Counted from the first letter of the stretch, positions 18,829 to 27,843 are shown. The stretch: DNA of 64,000 nt from Candidatus Latescibacterota bacterium (GCA_965237675.1 OZ250150.1:3392001-3456000); one strand, 5' to 3'. The notes: generated by a model from the sequence alone, not told the origin. Numbers and translations: made by a program.

Positions 18829-20043
18829 GTGGCCCGTCCCGGAGAACAGGCCGCGCCGGGCGCCGCGCCCAGGCGTCTTGCCGTAGTCACCACCATCTAT
18901 CGTTATCTCTCTCACGCGCAACACATCGCGGACCGTTTTCTGGTCGGGTATCCGTATGAAGGGCGGTGGCGGCGGCCAAATATGCGTATCGCATCGCTCC
19001 ACGTCGACCAGAAGCCCGAGGGCGATCAGAGCGGAGACCGCGCAAGAGAGTTCGGGTTTGACGTGCACGACACCGTAGCCGGGGCGCTGCGCTGCGGCAC
19101 CGACCGGTTGGCCGTGGATGCGGTGCTGATCATCGGAGAGCACGGCGAGTACCCGAAGAATGACAAAGGGCAGATCCTGTACCCAAGACATGAATTTTTC
19201 AAAGAATGCGTGGAAGTCTTTGAACAGGACGGCGTTGCCGTGCCGGTATTTAACGATAAGCATCTCTCCTATAGCTTTGAGAAAGCCAGCGAAATGGTGG
19301 CGGATTCCCGCCGTCTCGGCTTCCCCCTTCTGGCCGGGTCGTCCCTGCCGGTGACCTATCGGCTCCCCGACGTGGAGTTGCCGCTGGATTGCCGGATTGA
19401 CGAGGCCCTGATGGTAGGGGTGGGCGGCTCGGACGCCATGGACTATCACGCGCTGGAGGGCATGCAGTGCATGGTCGAACGCAGGCGGGGAGGGGAAACC
19501 GGCGTCATGGCCGTGCAAATGCTAGAAGGCGACGCGGTCTGGCGGGCCGGCGAGGAGGGCCGCTGGTCCCGGGAACTGCTGGAGGCGGCCCTTTCGCGAA
19601 GCGATACGCCCTGCGGCCTGCCCGAAGAGGACGGCCGAACACTGGATTTGCTGGGCAACGGCGAGTTGCCGCGTCTCGCAAAGAATCCGGCGGCCTATTT
19701 CATCGAGTACCGCGACGGTTTGCGGGGTACCCTGCTCATGCTCAACGGTGCGCTGCGCGACTATTGTTTTGCGGCGCGGGTGGAAGGGTATGACGCGCCG
19801 GTATCCACACAGTTTTTCCTTTCACCCACGCCAAACGTCACCTATTCGGCCTGCCTGGTCGCCAAGATTGTGGAGATGATCGAAAACGGACGGGCCCCCT
19901 TCCCGCCCGAACGCACGCTGATCGTCTGCGGCATTCTGGAAAGCTGCCTCGACTCCAGAGTTCAGGGTCACCGACGCCTGGAGACACCCCATATCGACGT
20001 GGCGTACCGTCCTCCCGAGGAGTCGCATCACGCGCGGGCCTGA
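18829..20043 (+). CDS. Conserved hypothetical protein, distant Gfo/Idh/MocA-like oxidoreductase (paralogue 2)
   Basis: 404 aa. Shares SHAQHI.DRFL.GY, GEHG.Y..N.KGQ.LYPR, FNDKHLS, AGSSLPVT and QCMVERRRGGE with the upstream gene. Confidence 0.75.
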   Translation: MARPGEQAAPGAAPRRLAVVTTIYRYLSHAQHIADRFLVGYPYEGRWRRPNMRIASLHVDQKPEGDQSGDRAREFGFDVHDTVAGALRCGTDRLAVDAVLIIGEHGEYPKNDKGQILYPRHEFFKECVEVFEQDGVAVPVFNDKHLSYSFEKASEMVADSRRLGFPLLAGSSLPVTYRLPDVELPLDCRIDEALMVGVGGSDAMDYHALEGMQCMVERRRGGETGVMAVQMLEGDAVWRAGEEGRWSRELLEAALSRSDTPCGLPEEDGRTLDLLGNGELPRLAKNPAAYFIEYRDGLRGTLLMLNGALRDYCFAARVEGYDAPVSTQFFLSPTPNVTYSACLVAKIVEMIENGRAPFPPERTLIVCGILESCLDSRVQGHRRLETPHIDVAYRPPEESHHARA

Positions 20044-20192
20044 TCCTACCGATCACTCCGTACCCGCATGGTTTTCTGAGGGCGAGACGTAAGACGCAAT
20101 ACAGCGGCGTGCGGGGTGGTTCTCTCACGTCTTCCCTCTTGCTTCTAACCGAATAGTCGAATTTTTTGTCCCTACTACAAAGGAGGTGTGCT

Positions 20193-21290
20193 ATGAAAAT
20201 GCAGGCGTCGGTGTTGTTGGAGCCGCTTAAGCCGCTGGTGGTAGAGGATCTGGATCTGGAGGGGCCGAGGCAGGATGAGGTGATGGTGCGGATGGTGGCC
20301 AGCGGGGTGTGTCACAGTTGTCTGCACGTTGTGGATGGGGGCTGGAAGGGGTTCCCGATGCCCATGGTGCTGGGCGATGAAGGGGCCGGTGTGGTGGAGG
20401 AGGTGGGGCCGGGCGTGACGCACGTGAAACCGGGCGATCACGTGATCCTCTCGTGGTCGCCGACCTGCGGACGCTGTCACTACTGTGTCACCGGGCTTTC
20501 GCACCTGTGCGAACGCGGCGTTCCATCCAACGGTGTGTTGATGGATGGTACCTCGAGAATGAAATTGAGGGGCGAAACGGTCTACCACTATGGACCGGCG
20601 TGCAGCTTTTCGTCCTATTCGGTGATGCCGGCTTCGTGCGCGGTGCCCATACGCGAGGATATGCCGCTGGATGTGGCCGCGCTGATCGGGTGTTCGGTGA
20701 TGACGGGCGTGGGTTCGGTCATCAATACTGCTGCGGTGACACCGGGGGCGAGCATGGCGGTCTTCGGCGTGGGTGGAATCGGGCTGAACGTGGTTCAGGG
20801 CGGAACGCTCGTGCAGGCCCACCCCATTATCGCCGTGGACATCAATCCGGCGAAGCTCGAATATGCGAAGTCGTTCGGCGCGACCCACACGATCAATGCG
20901 GCGGAGGACAATCCCGTGGATGCGATCAGGGATCTGACGGGCCGGGGGTCCGATTACTCGTTCGTGGCCGTGGGTGAGCCGCGGGTAATCAACCAGGCGT
21001 GGGACTGCCTGGCGCCCAGGGGCCAGTGCGTGCTGATCGGTCTGCCTCCGACCGGTTCAACGGTGACGTTCGATACGGGAAACCTCCAGGCGAACGAGCG
21101 AATCCTGCGGGGTTCCAAATACGGAAGCGCGAGGACGTGGGACGATTTTCCCCGGATGGTGGAGCTCTATCTGGCCGGAAAACTCAAAATCGACGAACTG
21201 GTGACCAAAAAATATGGCGTCGATGAAGCGAACGAGGCCTTCGATGCACTCACGGCCGGGGAGGTGGCACGGGGTCTGATCGTCTTTTGA
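20193..21290 (+). CDS. Zn-dependent alcohol dehydrogenase (class III-like MDR)
   Basis: AAGGAGGT RBS. GVCHS, GDEGAG, CGRCHYC...C, GCSVMTG, GVGGIG. Confidence 0.92.
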   Translation: MKMQASVLLEPLKPLVVEDLDLEGPRQDEVMVRMVASGVCHSCLHVVDGGWKGFPMPMVLGDEGAGVVEEVGPGVTHVKPGDHVILSWSPTCGRCHYCVTGLSHLCERGVPSNGVLMDGTSRMKLRGETVYHYGPACSFSSYSVMPASCAVPIREDMPLDVAALIGCSVMTGVGSVINTAAVTPGASMAVFGVGGIGLNVVQGGTLVQAHPIIAVDINPAKLEYAKSFGATHTINAAEDNPVDAIRDLTGRGSDYSFVAVGEPRVINQAWDCLAPRGQCVLIGLPPTGSTVTFDTGNLQANERILRGSKYGSARTWDDFPRMVELYLAGKLKIDELVTKKYGVDEANEAFDALTAGEVARGLIVF

Positions 21291-21383
21291 TGGAGGCCGA
21301 CTGCGGCAGGCGGCCGGGCGGCGGGCAATGCGGTCACGGTAAGGGTTCGCGCCACAAGAAAGTCGACGTCTGGCTCGGCATTC

Positions 21384-22301
21384 CTATTCATTCGATCTGT
21401 CGTTCCGCCAGGACGGTGTCGTCCACGTGTTGAACCAGTTCCATTTCCATAGGACCCGCTTCGAGGGCAGTTCGATTTCGTATTCCACGCCTGCGGTGAA
21501 CGGCAATACTCGGGTTCTGGATCCAACGGCTTCTCGAATCCATTCGATGAACGCGCCGGCATCCGTGACGTTGGGTGGCCAGGTGCCGTGTGGGATCGGG
21601 TCCGACGCGCGGTCGGTGCGGTAGTGGATGGGGATGAAGAACTCCGGCTGGATGGCGTCGACGCATTGAAGGAGTTTGTCGGTGCGGTCCTCGCCTCCCC
21701 ATTCCGAGAGGCCCATCTTCATGTGGATAAGGTACGTGACCCGTCCACGCAGCTCCGCGAGCGCACGGTAGGGTTCGGTGAGATCGCCGGTATGTAGAAA
21801 AGAGACGCCGAGATCCCGGACGGTAACGAGGTATCCGCAGTTGGGCAGGTCCGGTCTCTGATTTTCACCGCTTTCGATAATGTCCACGTGGATGGGGCCT
21901 AGGTCCAGTTCACAGGGGCCGGGAAACGTGCGGGATTCCCCGCCGATGTGGCTCAGGTGCCGGGGAAAGAGAACCTGGACGCGGTTTGGATCCAGGTACT
22001 TGGTGATGGGCAGGTCCCGGTCGAAAGCGGCGTCGCCGTATTTTTCGTCCACGGGCTGGTCGGGGTCGCAGCACCCCGGGCTTACGTAGAGCTTCTTGAA
22101 CCGTTCACCACGGCAGAGCCTGCGCAGGGTGGCGGGGTGGCAGTGGTCGAAGTGTTCGTGGCTGATGAAGATGTAGTCGAGGTCCGGCGAAGCACCGGTC
22201 AGATGTTCTCCGAACAGGTATGGGTCAAAGGCAAAGTTGATCGCGTCGGTACGGACCTCGAAACCGCCGCAACCGGTCCATTTCAGAAAGATCGGGTTCA
22301 T
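21384..22301 (-). CDS. MBL-fold metallo-hydrolase
   Basis: SHEHFDH (HxHxDH), HTGD, IPIHY. Confidence 0.85.
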   Translation of the reverse strand: MNPIFLKWTGCGGFEVRTDAINFAFDPYLFGEHLTGASPDLDYIFISHEHFDHCHPATLRRLCRGERFKKLYVSPGCCDPDQPVDEKYGDAAFDRDLPITKYLDPNRVQVLFPRHLSHIGGESRTFPGPCELDLGPIHVDIIESGENQRPDLPNCGYLVTVRDLGVSFLHTGDLTEPYRALAELRGRVTYLIHMKMGLSEWGGEDRTDKLLQCVDAIQPEFFIPIHYRTDRASDPIPHGTWPPNVTDAGAFIEWIREAVGSRTRVLPFTAGVEYEIELPSKRVLWKWNWFNTWTTPSWRNDRSNE

Positions 22302-22462
22302 GGTGGACTCGTGACGGAGAAAGGGTGAAGAAGTACCCGGGCGCGCTTCCCGTTAACGATCACATACGGCCGCACGCCGGCGTTGGCAGAGACAGAAGGG
22401 CCCCTGTCCAGACAACATATCGATAGCGAATTGTAAAGCAAAGCGGATAATAGGGTGCATAC

Positions 22463-23098
22463 GTGGCACAAAGCGCAGACACTCGCGCTGAACCGATGCG
22501 CGGGCCCATCCATCCGTCCTGTTCGGACCACGAAAGAAGGCATAACTCTTCGATCCGTGCGACGAGGTGTTCGGCGCGCTCGAATGAGACCCATGCCGGT
22601 ACGTCGATCAGCCTCTTCGTCTACGGCACGCTCAAACGCGGGTACTCGAACCACGACAGTTATTGTCGGGGCGTGCGGGCGATTGAAAAGGCGCTGGTCC
22701 GCGGACACCTCTACATCAGGCCCGATCGCATCCCTTTTCTCGAGGTGCCGGAGCAGGATATCCTCGCGGAAGGAACCGCAGACCCCATCGCCGACGCGGC
22801 CGCGCAGGAACGCCTTTCCAGTCACATCGGACCTCCACAATTGGCCGAAAGCCCGCCCGGAAAGCCCGCGAGCGGCCGGGGCGTCGTGCACGGAGAATTG
22901 CTCGTATTCGACGATCCCGAAACCCGCCTGCCCGCCATCGACCGCCTGGAAGGCTTCCGGCCCGGCGGTCGAAGTCTTTACCGCCGGGTGCTGGTGCCGG
23001 TTCTTGTAAAGGAAACCTGGCGGGCGGCGTGGGTCTACGCGGTCGATACAAAGCCCCTCGAATGGCCCAGGCTGAACTCCGGGCGCTGGATGGGGTGA
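22463..23098 (+). CDS. Gamma-glutamylcyclotransferase (GGCT/AIG2-like) family protein
   Basis: LFVYGTLKRG, VHGEL, IDRLEG, YRRV, AWVY motifs. Confidence 0.85.
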   Translation: MAQSADTRAEPMRGPIHPSCSDHERRHNSSIRATRCSARSNETHAGTSISLFVYGTLKRGYSNHDSYCRGVRAIEKALVRGHLYIRPDRIPFLEVPEQDILAEGTADPIADAAAQERLSSHIGPPQLAESPPGKPASGRGVVHGELLVFDDPETRLPAIDRLEGFRPGGRSLYRRVLVPVLVKETWRAAWVYAVDTKPLEWPRLNSGRWMG

Positions 23099-23410
23099 TA
23101 GCACGACAACCGAAAGAAAGCGCCAATATTGATCCATGACAGGTACGATGCACGACGCCTTAGACGCAGGTGGCAATGGGATTTATTGACAACAAACCTT
23201 ATGGTCCCATTGCTGTATGCATGGGACTTCTCCTCTGCACGAGATGGGACGATGCAACCTCCATGCACACGGCGAAATCGGTTAATTGCGGATCGTCGGC
23301 CCGGTCGGACTGTTTTTGGTCGCATCGGCCGTTGGGCCGGACGTAACCCAAGCAGCGTTTAGCCAAACGATCAGCTAATACTTCGCTAGGGCTGGTATTG
23401 ACGGAGTCAA

Positions 23411-23647
23411 GTGATGCCATTCGTAAACCTGAATGAGGCCAAGACAAAACTCTCCCGCCTATTGGCACGAGTTGAAGCGGGTGAAGAGGTCGTGATTACC
23501 CAAGACGGTAACCCGATTGCGCGGCTCGTCCCCTATGAGACCCGTCCCGGAATCCGGCGGTTCGGCGCCATGAAGGGCCGGGTTGTGGTCGACGACAGAT
23601 TCTTGAAGCCACCCCCGGAGAAAGAGTTGGACGCCTGGGAGGCGTGA
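23411..23647 (+). CDS. Phd/YefM (prevent-host-death) family antitoxin
   Basis: VNLNEAKTKLSRLLARVEAGEEVVITQDGNPIARLVP. Confidence 0.9.
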   Translation: MMPFVNLNEAKTKLSRLLARVEAGEEVVITQDGNPIARLVPYETRPGIRRFGAMKGRVVVDDRFLKPPPEKELDAWEA

Positions 23648-23651
23648 TTGC

Positions 23652-23699
23652 GTGCGCATTCGACTCGAAACGCATGCTTTTCTCTGTTGGCCTACCTGA
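23652..23699 (+). pseudogene. VapC (PIN) toxin N-terminal remnant
   Basis: GTG start 4 nt after the antitoxin stop. Reads MRIRLETHAFLCWPT*, resembling the VapC start MRLLLDTHAFLWW. Confidence 0.65.
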
Positions 23700-23770
23700 A
23701 AACAGGCTGCTGTCGAATCTGATCTAGTGAGTCGATTTGGGGCGTCCATTTCGGAGAGAACGTCGCTATC

Positions 23771-23959
23771 GACGATCCGGAAGCCCGCCTGTCCGGCGTC
23801 GGCCGCTTGGAAGGCTCCTGTCCCGGCGGTCGAAGTCTTTGTCGACGTGTACTCGTGCCGGTTTTTGTAAACGAAACCTGTGAGGTCGCCTGGGCCTACG
23901 TGGTCAAGAAAACGTCCACCGAATGGCCGAGACTGAATTCCGGTTGCTGGATGGGGTGG
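23771..23959 (+). pseudogene. Degenerate duplicate of the 3' end of the GGCT gene (copy of 22910-23098)
   Basis: Ungapped 189-nt alignment with 39 mismatches by hand count (about 79% identity). Stop TGA changed to TGG, no 5' part. Confidence 0.9.
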
Positions 23960-24178
23960 AAAACGCCGTGAGTTAGATTCGTATCGCGACGGGATCAAAC
24001 CTGGATAAATTCCTCGTCACTGCGGACACCGAGCATAAGAAAGTTCGTGGAAACATAAGAAATCTTGTGGTCTCCTGGATTTGGAACGAAATTTCAACTC
24101 AAATATCCGGAACGGCGGCCGTCCTGAGCGGGAGATTGGAGATGTTTCGGGGCATATTTCGCGTGCAATTGGCAAGAG

Positions 24179-24207
24179 TGGACAATGGTAAGCTGTTTGC
24201 CTATATT
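24179..24207 (+). promoter_or_regulatory. Putative sigma70 promoter
   Basis: TGGACA-17 nt-TATATT upstream of ATG 24236. Confidence 0.45.
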
Positions 24208-24235
24208 AACTTCCCCGATGGAACACGAATTACAA

Positions 24236-24335
24236 ATGAAACGGTCTGGAAGCGAGGCAGGCGCCCGCATTGCGATTGACGAATTGCTACGGCAAGCCGA
24301 CTGGGACCCGGCGGACAAGTCGATGGTCCAATGTG
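24236..24335 (+). pseudogene. Type I restriction subunit R (EcoAI/EcoEI-like HsdR) N-terminal stub
   Basis: MKRSGSEAGARIAIDELLRQADWD matches the E-x2-R-x2-ID-x2-L-x2-AGW start pattern of HsdR. Similarity ends after about 32 aa. Confidence 0.55.
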
Positions 24336-24408
24336 ACTTATTCGGTTGTCCACCTGCCTCTCCTTGGGAGTCGATTACAGCGTTTATCTCGAAGGATGTC
24401 CTTTATAG

Positions 24409-26151
24409 ATGCTAACCAAACTTACCATCCGCAATTTTAAGCGCTTCGGCGAGGTGGAGATCGAACTGGGAAGTCCAGTCGTCTTCATCGGGCCCAACAA
24501 CTCGGGCAAAACCTCGGCGATGCAGGCGCTGGCGCTCTGGGACATCGGTCTCAAGTGCTGGAACGAAAAACGGTCCGGAAAGAGTACACCCGAAAAACGC
24601 CCGGGAGTGACGATCAACCGGCGAGACCTCGTTTCGATTCCGATTCCTGAGGCGAACCTTCTCTGGCGCGATCTTCACGTGAGGGACGTGCGAACCGTGG
24701 ATGGGAGGCAACGTACCAGCAACATTCGAATAGACATCATTGTCGAGGGAGTTACAGAGGACAGGCACTGGAAATGCGGCCTTGAGTTCGACTACGCAAA
24801 CGACGAGTCCTTCTACTGCAGGCCGCTACGCCTATCAGATTGTAAAACACCAGATCGTATGCCCGTTCCTGACGAAGCCGGAAGCACGCGAATTGCCTTC
24901 CTGCCGCCGATGTCGGGCTTGGCAGCGACGGAAACGCGCCTCGATGAGGGGGCCGTCAACGTACGAATTGGCGAGGGTCGTACGGCAGAAGTTCTGCGAA
25001 ACCTGTGCTTTCAAGTCCATCAGACACAACCCGAACAGTGGAATATCCTTGTTGAGCATATACTGACCCTGTTCGGATCACGGCTCGATCCGCCCCGTTA
25101 CATCACCGAGCGGGGGGAGATCGCGATGACCTACACCGAAGAGAACGTCCGTCTTGACCTGTCGTCATCTGGACAAGGTCTGCAACAGACACTGCTCCTT
25201 CTGGCGTACATTTACGCTAATCCTGGTTCGGTTCTGCTCCTGGAGGAGCCGGACGCGCATTTAGAGATTCTTCGTCAGCGCCAGATCTACGGGCTGCTCA
25301 CCGACGTCGCGAGAGAAAGTGGTAGTCAGATCATTGCCGCCAGCCACTCCGAAGTGCTGCTCAACGAGGTCGCAGGTCGGGAAGTGGTCATCTCGTTCGA
25401 TGGAGGGCCGCATCCGATTGACGACAGTGGATGCCAGGTTCTGAAGGCGCTCAATGGAATCAGTTTCGACCAGTACTATCAGGCCCAACATACCGGCTGG
25501 GTGCTCTACGTGAAGAGCTCGACGGACCTATCGATACTGCAGGCGTTCGCCAGGAGACTGGGACACGAACGCTCGATCCGGGCGCTCGAGCGGCCCTTTG
25601 TGAAATACGTGCAAAATCAGCCGACGACCGCTCAGCACCATTACCACGGCCTGCGCGAGGCTCTCCCCGCGCTTCGGGGCGTTGCCCTCTTCGATCGCCT
25701 CGAAGCGGTGAGTTCCGATATCGCCCAAATCGAGTGTTTGACGTGGACGCGTAGAGAGATTGAGAACTACGTCTGCTCGCGGGCGACACTCGAAGCATAC
25801 GCGACGGGTACCGCAAAGGACGCCTCGGCAGGACCCCTGTTCGCTGCGTCTGAAGTAAGCAGGCGCCAGAACGCCATGCGCGAAGCTATTGCGGAAGTAG
25901 AAGCGGCGCTGATGACGCTGGGTAAGGAATCTCCCTGGAGTGCAGACGCCAAGGTAAGTGACGATTTCCTGGCTCCGCTCTTCGAAGCATACTTTTACAA
26001 GCTCGGACTACCGAACCTGATGGCCAAGAAAAACTCCTGTCAGTTGGTCGAATACGTGCCGGATAGCGAAATCGATCCGGAAATCTGTGCCAAACTGGAC
26101 GCAATTGCGAACGTCGCTGAGAATGCGACGCCGGAGGGAGAACGAACGTGA
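24409..26151 (+). CDS. ABC/AAA ATPase with C-terminal TOPRIM-like region (OLD-family-like)
   Basis: IRNFKRF, GPNNSGKT Walker A, SSGQG signature, LLLEEPDAHL Walker B, ASHS, LYVKSSTD, REIENY. Confidence 0.82.
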   Translation: MLTKLTIRNFKRFGEVEIELGSPVVFIGPNNSGKTSAMQALALWDIGLKCWNEKRSGKSTPEKRPGVTINRRDLVSIPIPEANLLWRDLHVRDVRTVDGRQRTSNIRIDIIVEGVTEDRHWKCGLEFDYANDESFYCRPLRLSDCKTPDRMPVPDEAGSTRIAFLPPMSGLAATETRLDEGAVNVRIGEGRTAEVLRNLCFQVHQTQPEQWNILVEHILTLFGSRLDPPRYITERGEIAMTYTEENVRLDLSSSGQGLQQTLLLLAYIYANPGSVLLLEEPDAHLEILRQRQIYGLLTDVARESGSQIIAASHSEVLLNEVAGREVVISFDGGPHPIDDSGCQVLKALNGISFDQYYQAQHTGWVLYVKSSTDLSILQAFARRLGHERSIRALERPFVKYVQNQPTTAQHHYHGLREALPALRGVALFDRLEAVSSDIAQIECLTWTRREIENYVCSRATLEAYATGTAKDASAGPLFAASEVSRRQNAMREAIAEVEAALMTLGKESPWSADAKVSDDFLAPLFEAYFYKLGLPNLMAKKNSCQLVEYVPDSEIDPEICAKLDAIANVAENATPEGERT

Positions 26152-26188
26152 ACCTGACTGCCTATAGATTCTCCATGGATAGGAAATA

Positions 26189-27349
26189 ATGCTAACCTTT
26201 AACGCGGTCGATGTGGAAACAGCCAACGCTGATCGCGCGAGTATCTGCCAGATCGGCATCGTTCATGTCCGGGACGGTGAAATCGAAGACCAATGGCAGA
26301 CATTGGTAAACCCGGAGGAGTGGTTCGATCCTTACAATGTCTCAATTCATGGCATTGACGAGGATGCAGTCAGGTATAGCCCGACTTTCTCCGAGCTGCG
26401 TGGCAAGTTGCGTTCTCTGCTTCGTGGCTCGGTTTTGGTAAGCCACACTTCATTTGATCGCGTTGCATTTGAGCGTAGTATGACTCGATACAACCTCGAA
26501 CAGCTTCAGGTTACGTGGCTGGACAGTGCCAGAATCGCTCGGCGCGCGTGGCCACGAGAATACGGACAAAGTGGCTATGGTCTCAAGAATATCGCGAAGG
26601 ATCTTGACATTTCATTCAAGCATCATGATGCCTTGGAAGATGCCAGGGCAACCGCTGAGGTCGTGCTCAGCGCGTGTGCGACCACAAGGTCATTGCCAAT
26701 ACGGCCATCTCTAGCAAACGGAAGGCGATCGACGGTGTTTTCGGGATTTGACGAGGCGGTGGTCGTCGATGTAGAAACAACAGGTCTCGATCCAACGAGT
26801 GACAGAATTATCTCGGTAGCGATGGTACGCGCACGCTTCTCAGACCTGAGGCAGGACCCCAATGGATTACATGGCGACACCATCGACGCTATCGTTAACC
26901 CGCAATGCCGTATACCCCGACAAGCGTCCCGTATTCACGGCATACGAGACAAAGACGTAAAACACAAAGGTCCCTTTTCCGAAATCGCGCAGCAGCTTCG
27001 GAATTTCATCGGCGACCGTCCGATAGTTGCCCACAACGCCTCATTCGACAAGAATTTTCTTAACGCTGAATTCAAAAGGGCAGGGGTCAAAACCCTCTCT
27101 CGCAACAAGAGCTTTTGTACGATGCGGCGATTTCAGGATTTTAATCATGGCTTCCGACGGGGGAGCAATCTTGAGAATGTAGCTATCGTCATGGGGATGA
27201 AGGGCCGAAAAAGCTCAAAACATGAAGCCACCCAGGATGTCAGGATGGTGTGGGAGGTGGCTGGTTCGACCCCACCATGTCCGGCGGGCGACCTGAGAAC
27301 GACGTACAATGGGCCAGAAATTGACGCGAACGCTGGATTGGATCACTGA
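26189..27349 (+). CDS. Protein with two tandem DEDDh (DnaQ-like) 3'-5' exonuclease domains
   Basis: Domain 1: DVETAN...SHTSFD...HHDALEDA. Domain 2: DVETTGLD...AHNASFD...KHEATQDV. Confidence 0.85.
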   Translation: MLTFNAVDVETANADRASICQIGIVHVRDGEIEDQWQTLVNPEEWFDPYNVSIHGIDEDAVRYSPTFSELRGKLRSLLRGSVLVSHTSFDRVAFERSMTRYNLEQLQVTWLDSARIARRAWPREYGQSGYGLKNIAKDLDISFKHHDALEDARATAEVVLSACATTRSLPIRPSLANGRRSTVFSGFDEAVVVDVETTGLDPTSDRIISVAMVRARFSDLRQDPNGLHGDTIDAIVNPQCRIPRQASRIHGIRDKDVKHKGPFSEIAQQLRNFIGDRPIVAHNASFDKNFLNAEFKRAGVKTLSRNKSFCTMRRFQDFNHGFRRGSNLENVAIVMGMKGRKSSKHEATQDVRMVWEVAGSTPPCPAGDLRTTYNGPEIDANAGLDH

Positions 27350-27507
27350 AAAACTGTGGGTGGTCTGCTGTGTCAACGACCCCGCTGCATAACACGATCC
27401 GGCCCGGTATTTCAAGCCATTTTACGTCGCCGGACCGGGCGCCGGAAGGGATACTCAATGTCCTGGCGTGGTGAGTGTTTTCTGGGTCACGGCAAAGGCG
27501 TAGATGA

Positions 27508-27843
27508 ATGACACACGTCACCGACACTCTCATAGACCGGATGGTACGGGCAATCGTTGACGAAGTCGATCCGGAGCAGGTGATCCTCTTCGGCTCCCGC
27601 GGCAGGGGCGATGAAAGGCAGGATTCGGATGTCGATCTGGTCGTCGTTGAATCCAAGCCCTTTGGTCAGGAACGAAGCCGTCATAAGGAAATGGTCAGAC
27701 TCTACCACGCGTTGGCGGGCTTTCCGGTCGCGGCGGACGTCCTTGTCTACTCTCGTGACGACGTTGACTACTGGCGCGATTCCTTAAACCACGTGCTGGC
27801 GAGGGCACTACGGGAGGGTAAGGTTCTCTATGAGCGACGTTAA
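27508..27843 (+). CDS. Minimal nucleotidyltransferase (MNT) antitoxin-like protein
   Basis: LFGSRGRGDERQDSDVDL (GS-x10-DxD). Confidence 0.9.
   Translation: MTHVTDTLIDRMVRAIVDEVDPEQVILFGSRGRGDERQDSDVDLVVVESKPFGQERSRHKEMVRLYHALAGFPVAADVLVYSRDDVDYWRDSLNHVLARALREGKVLYERR

Noticed and set aside
23173-23250. Repeated ATGGGA(C/T) motifs and a GCAATGGGA/TCCCATTGC inverted repeat around a TTGACA
   Set aside because: Could be a remnant operator, but there is no good -10 or associated gene. The evidence is too weak.
22910-23959. DGR template/variable repeat pair
   Set aside because: Mismatches involve all four bases and many are synonymous third positions, not adenine-specific. No reverse transcriptase in the window.
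24034-24070. Imperfect direct repeat CATAAGAAA...GTGG, two copies
   Set aside because: Only two short copies. No function can be supported.
27381-27410. TGTCAACGAC... as an IS21-like terminal repeat
   Set aside because: No partner inverted repeat or transposase found. Too short to support.
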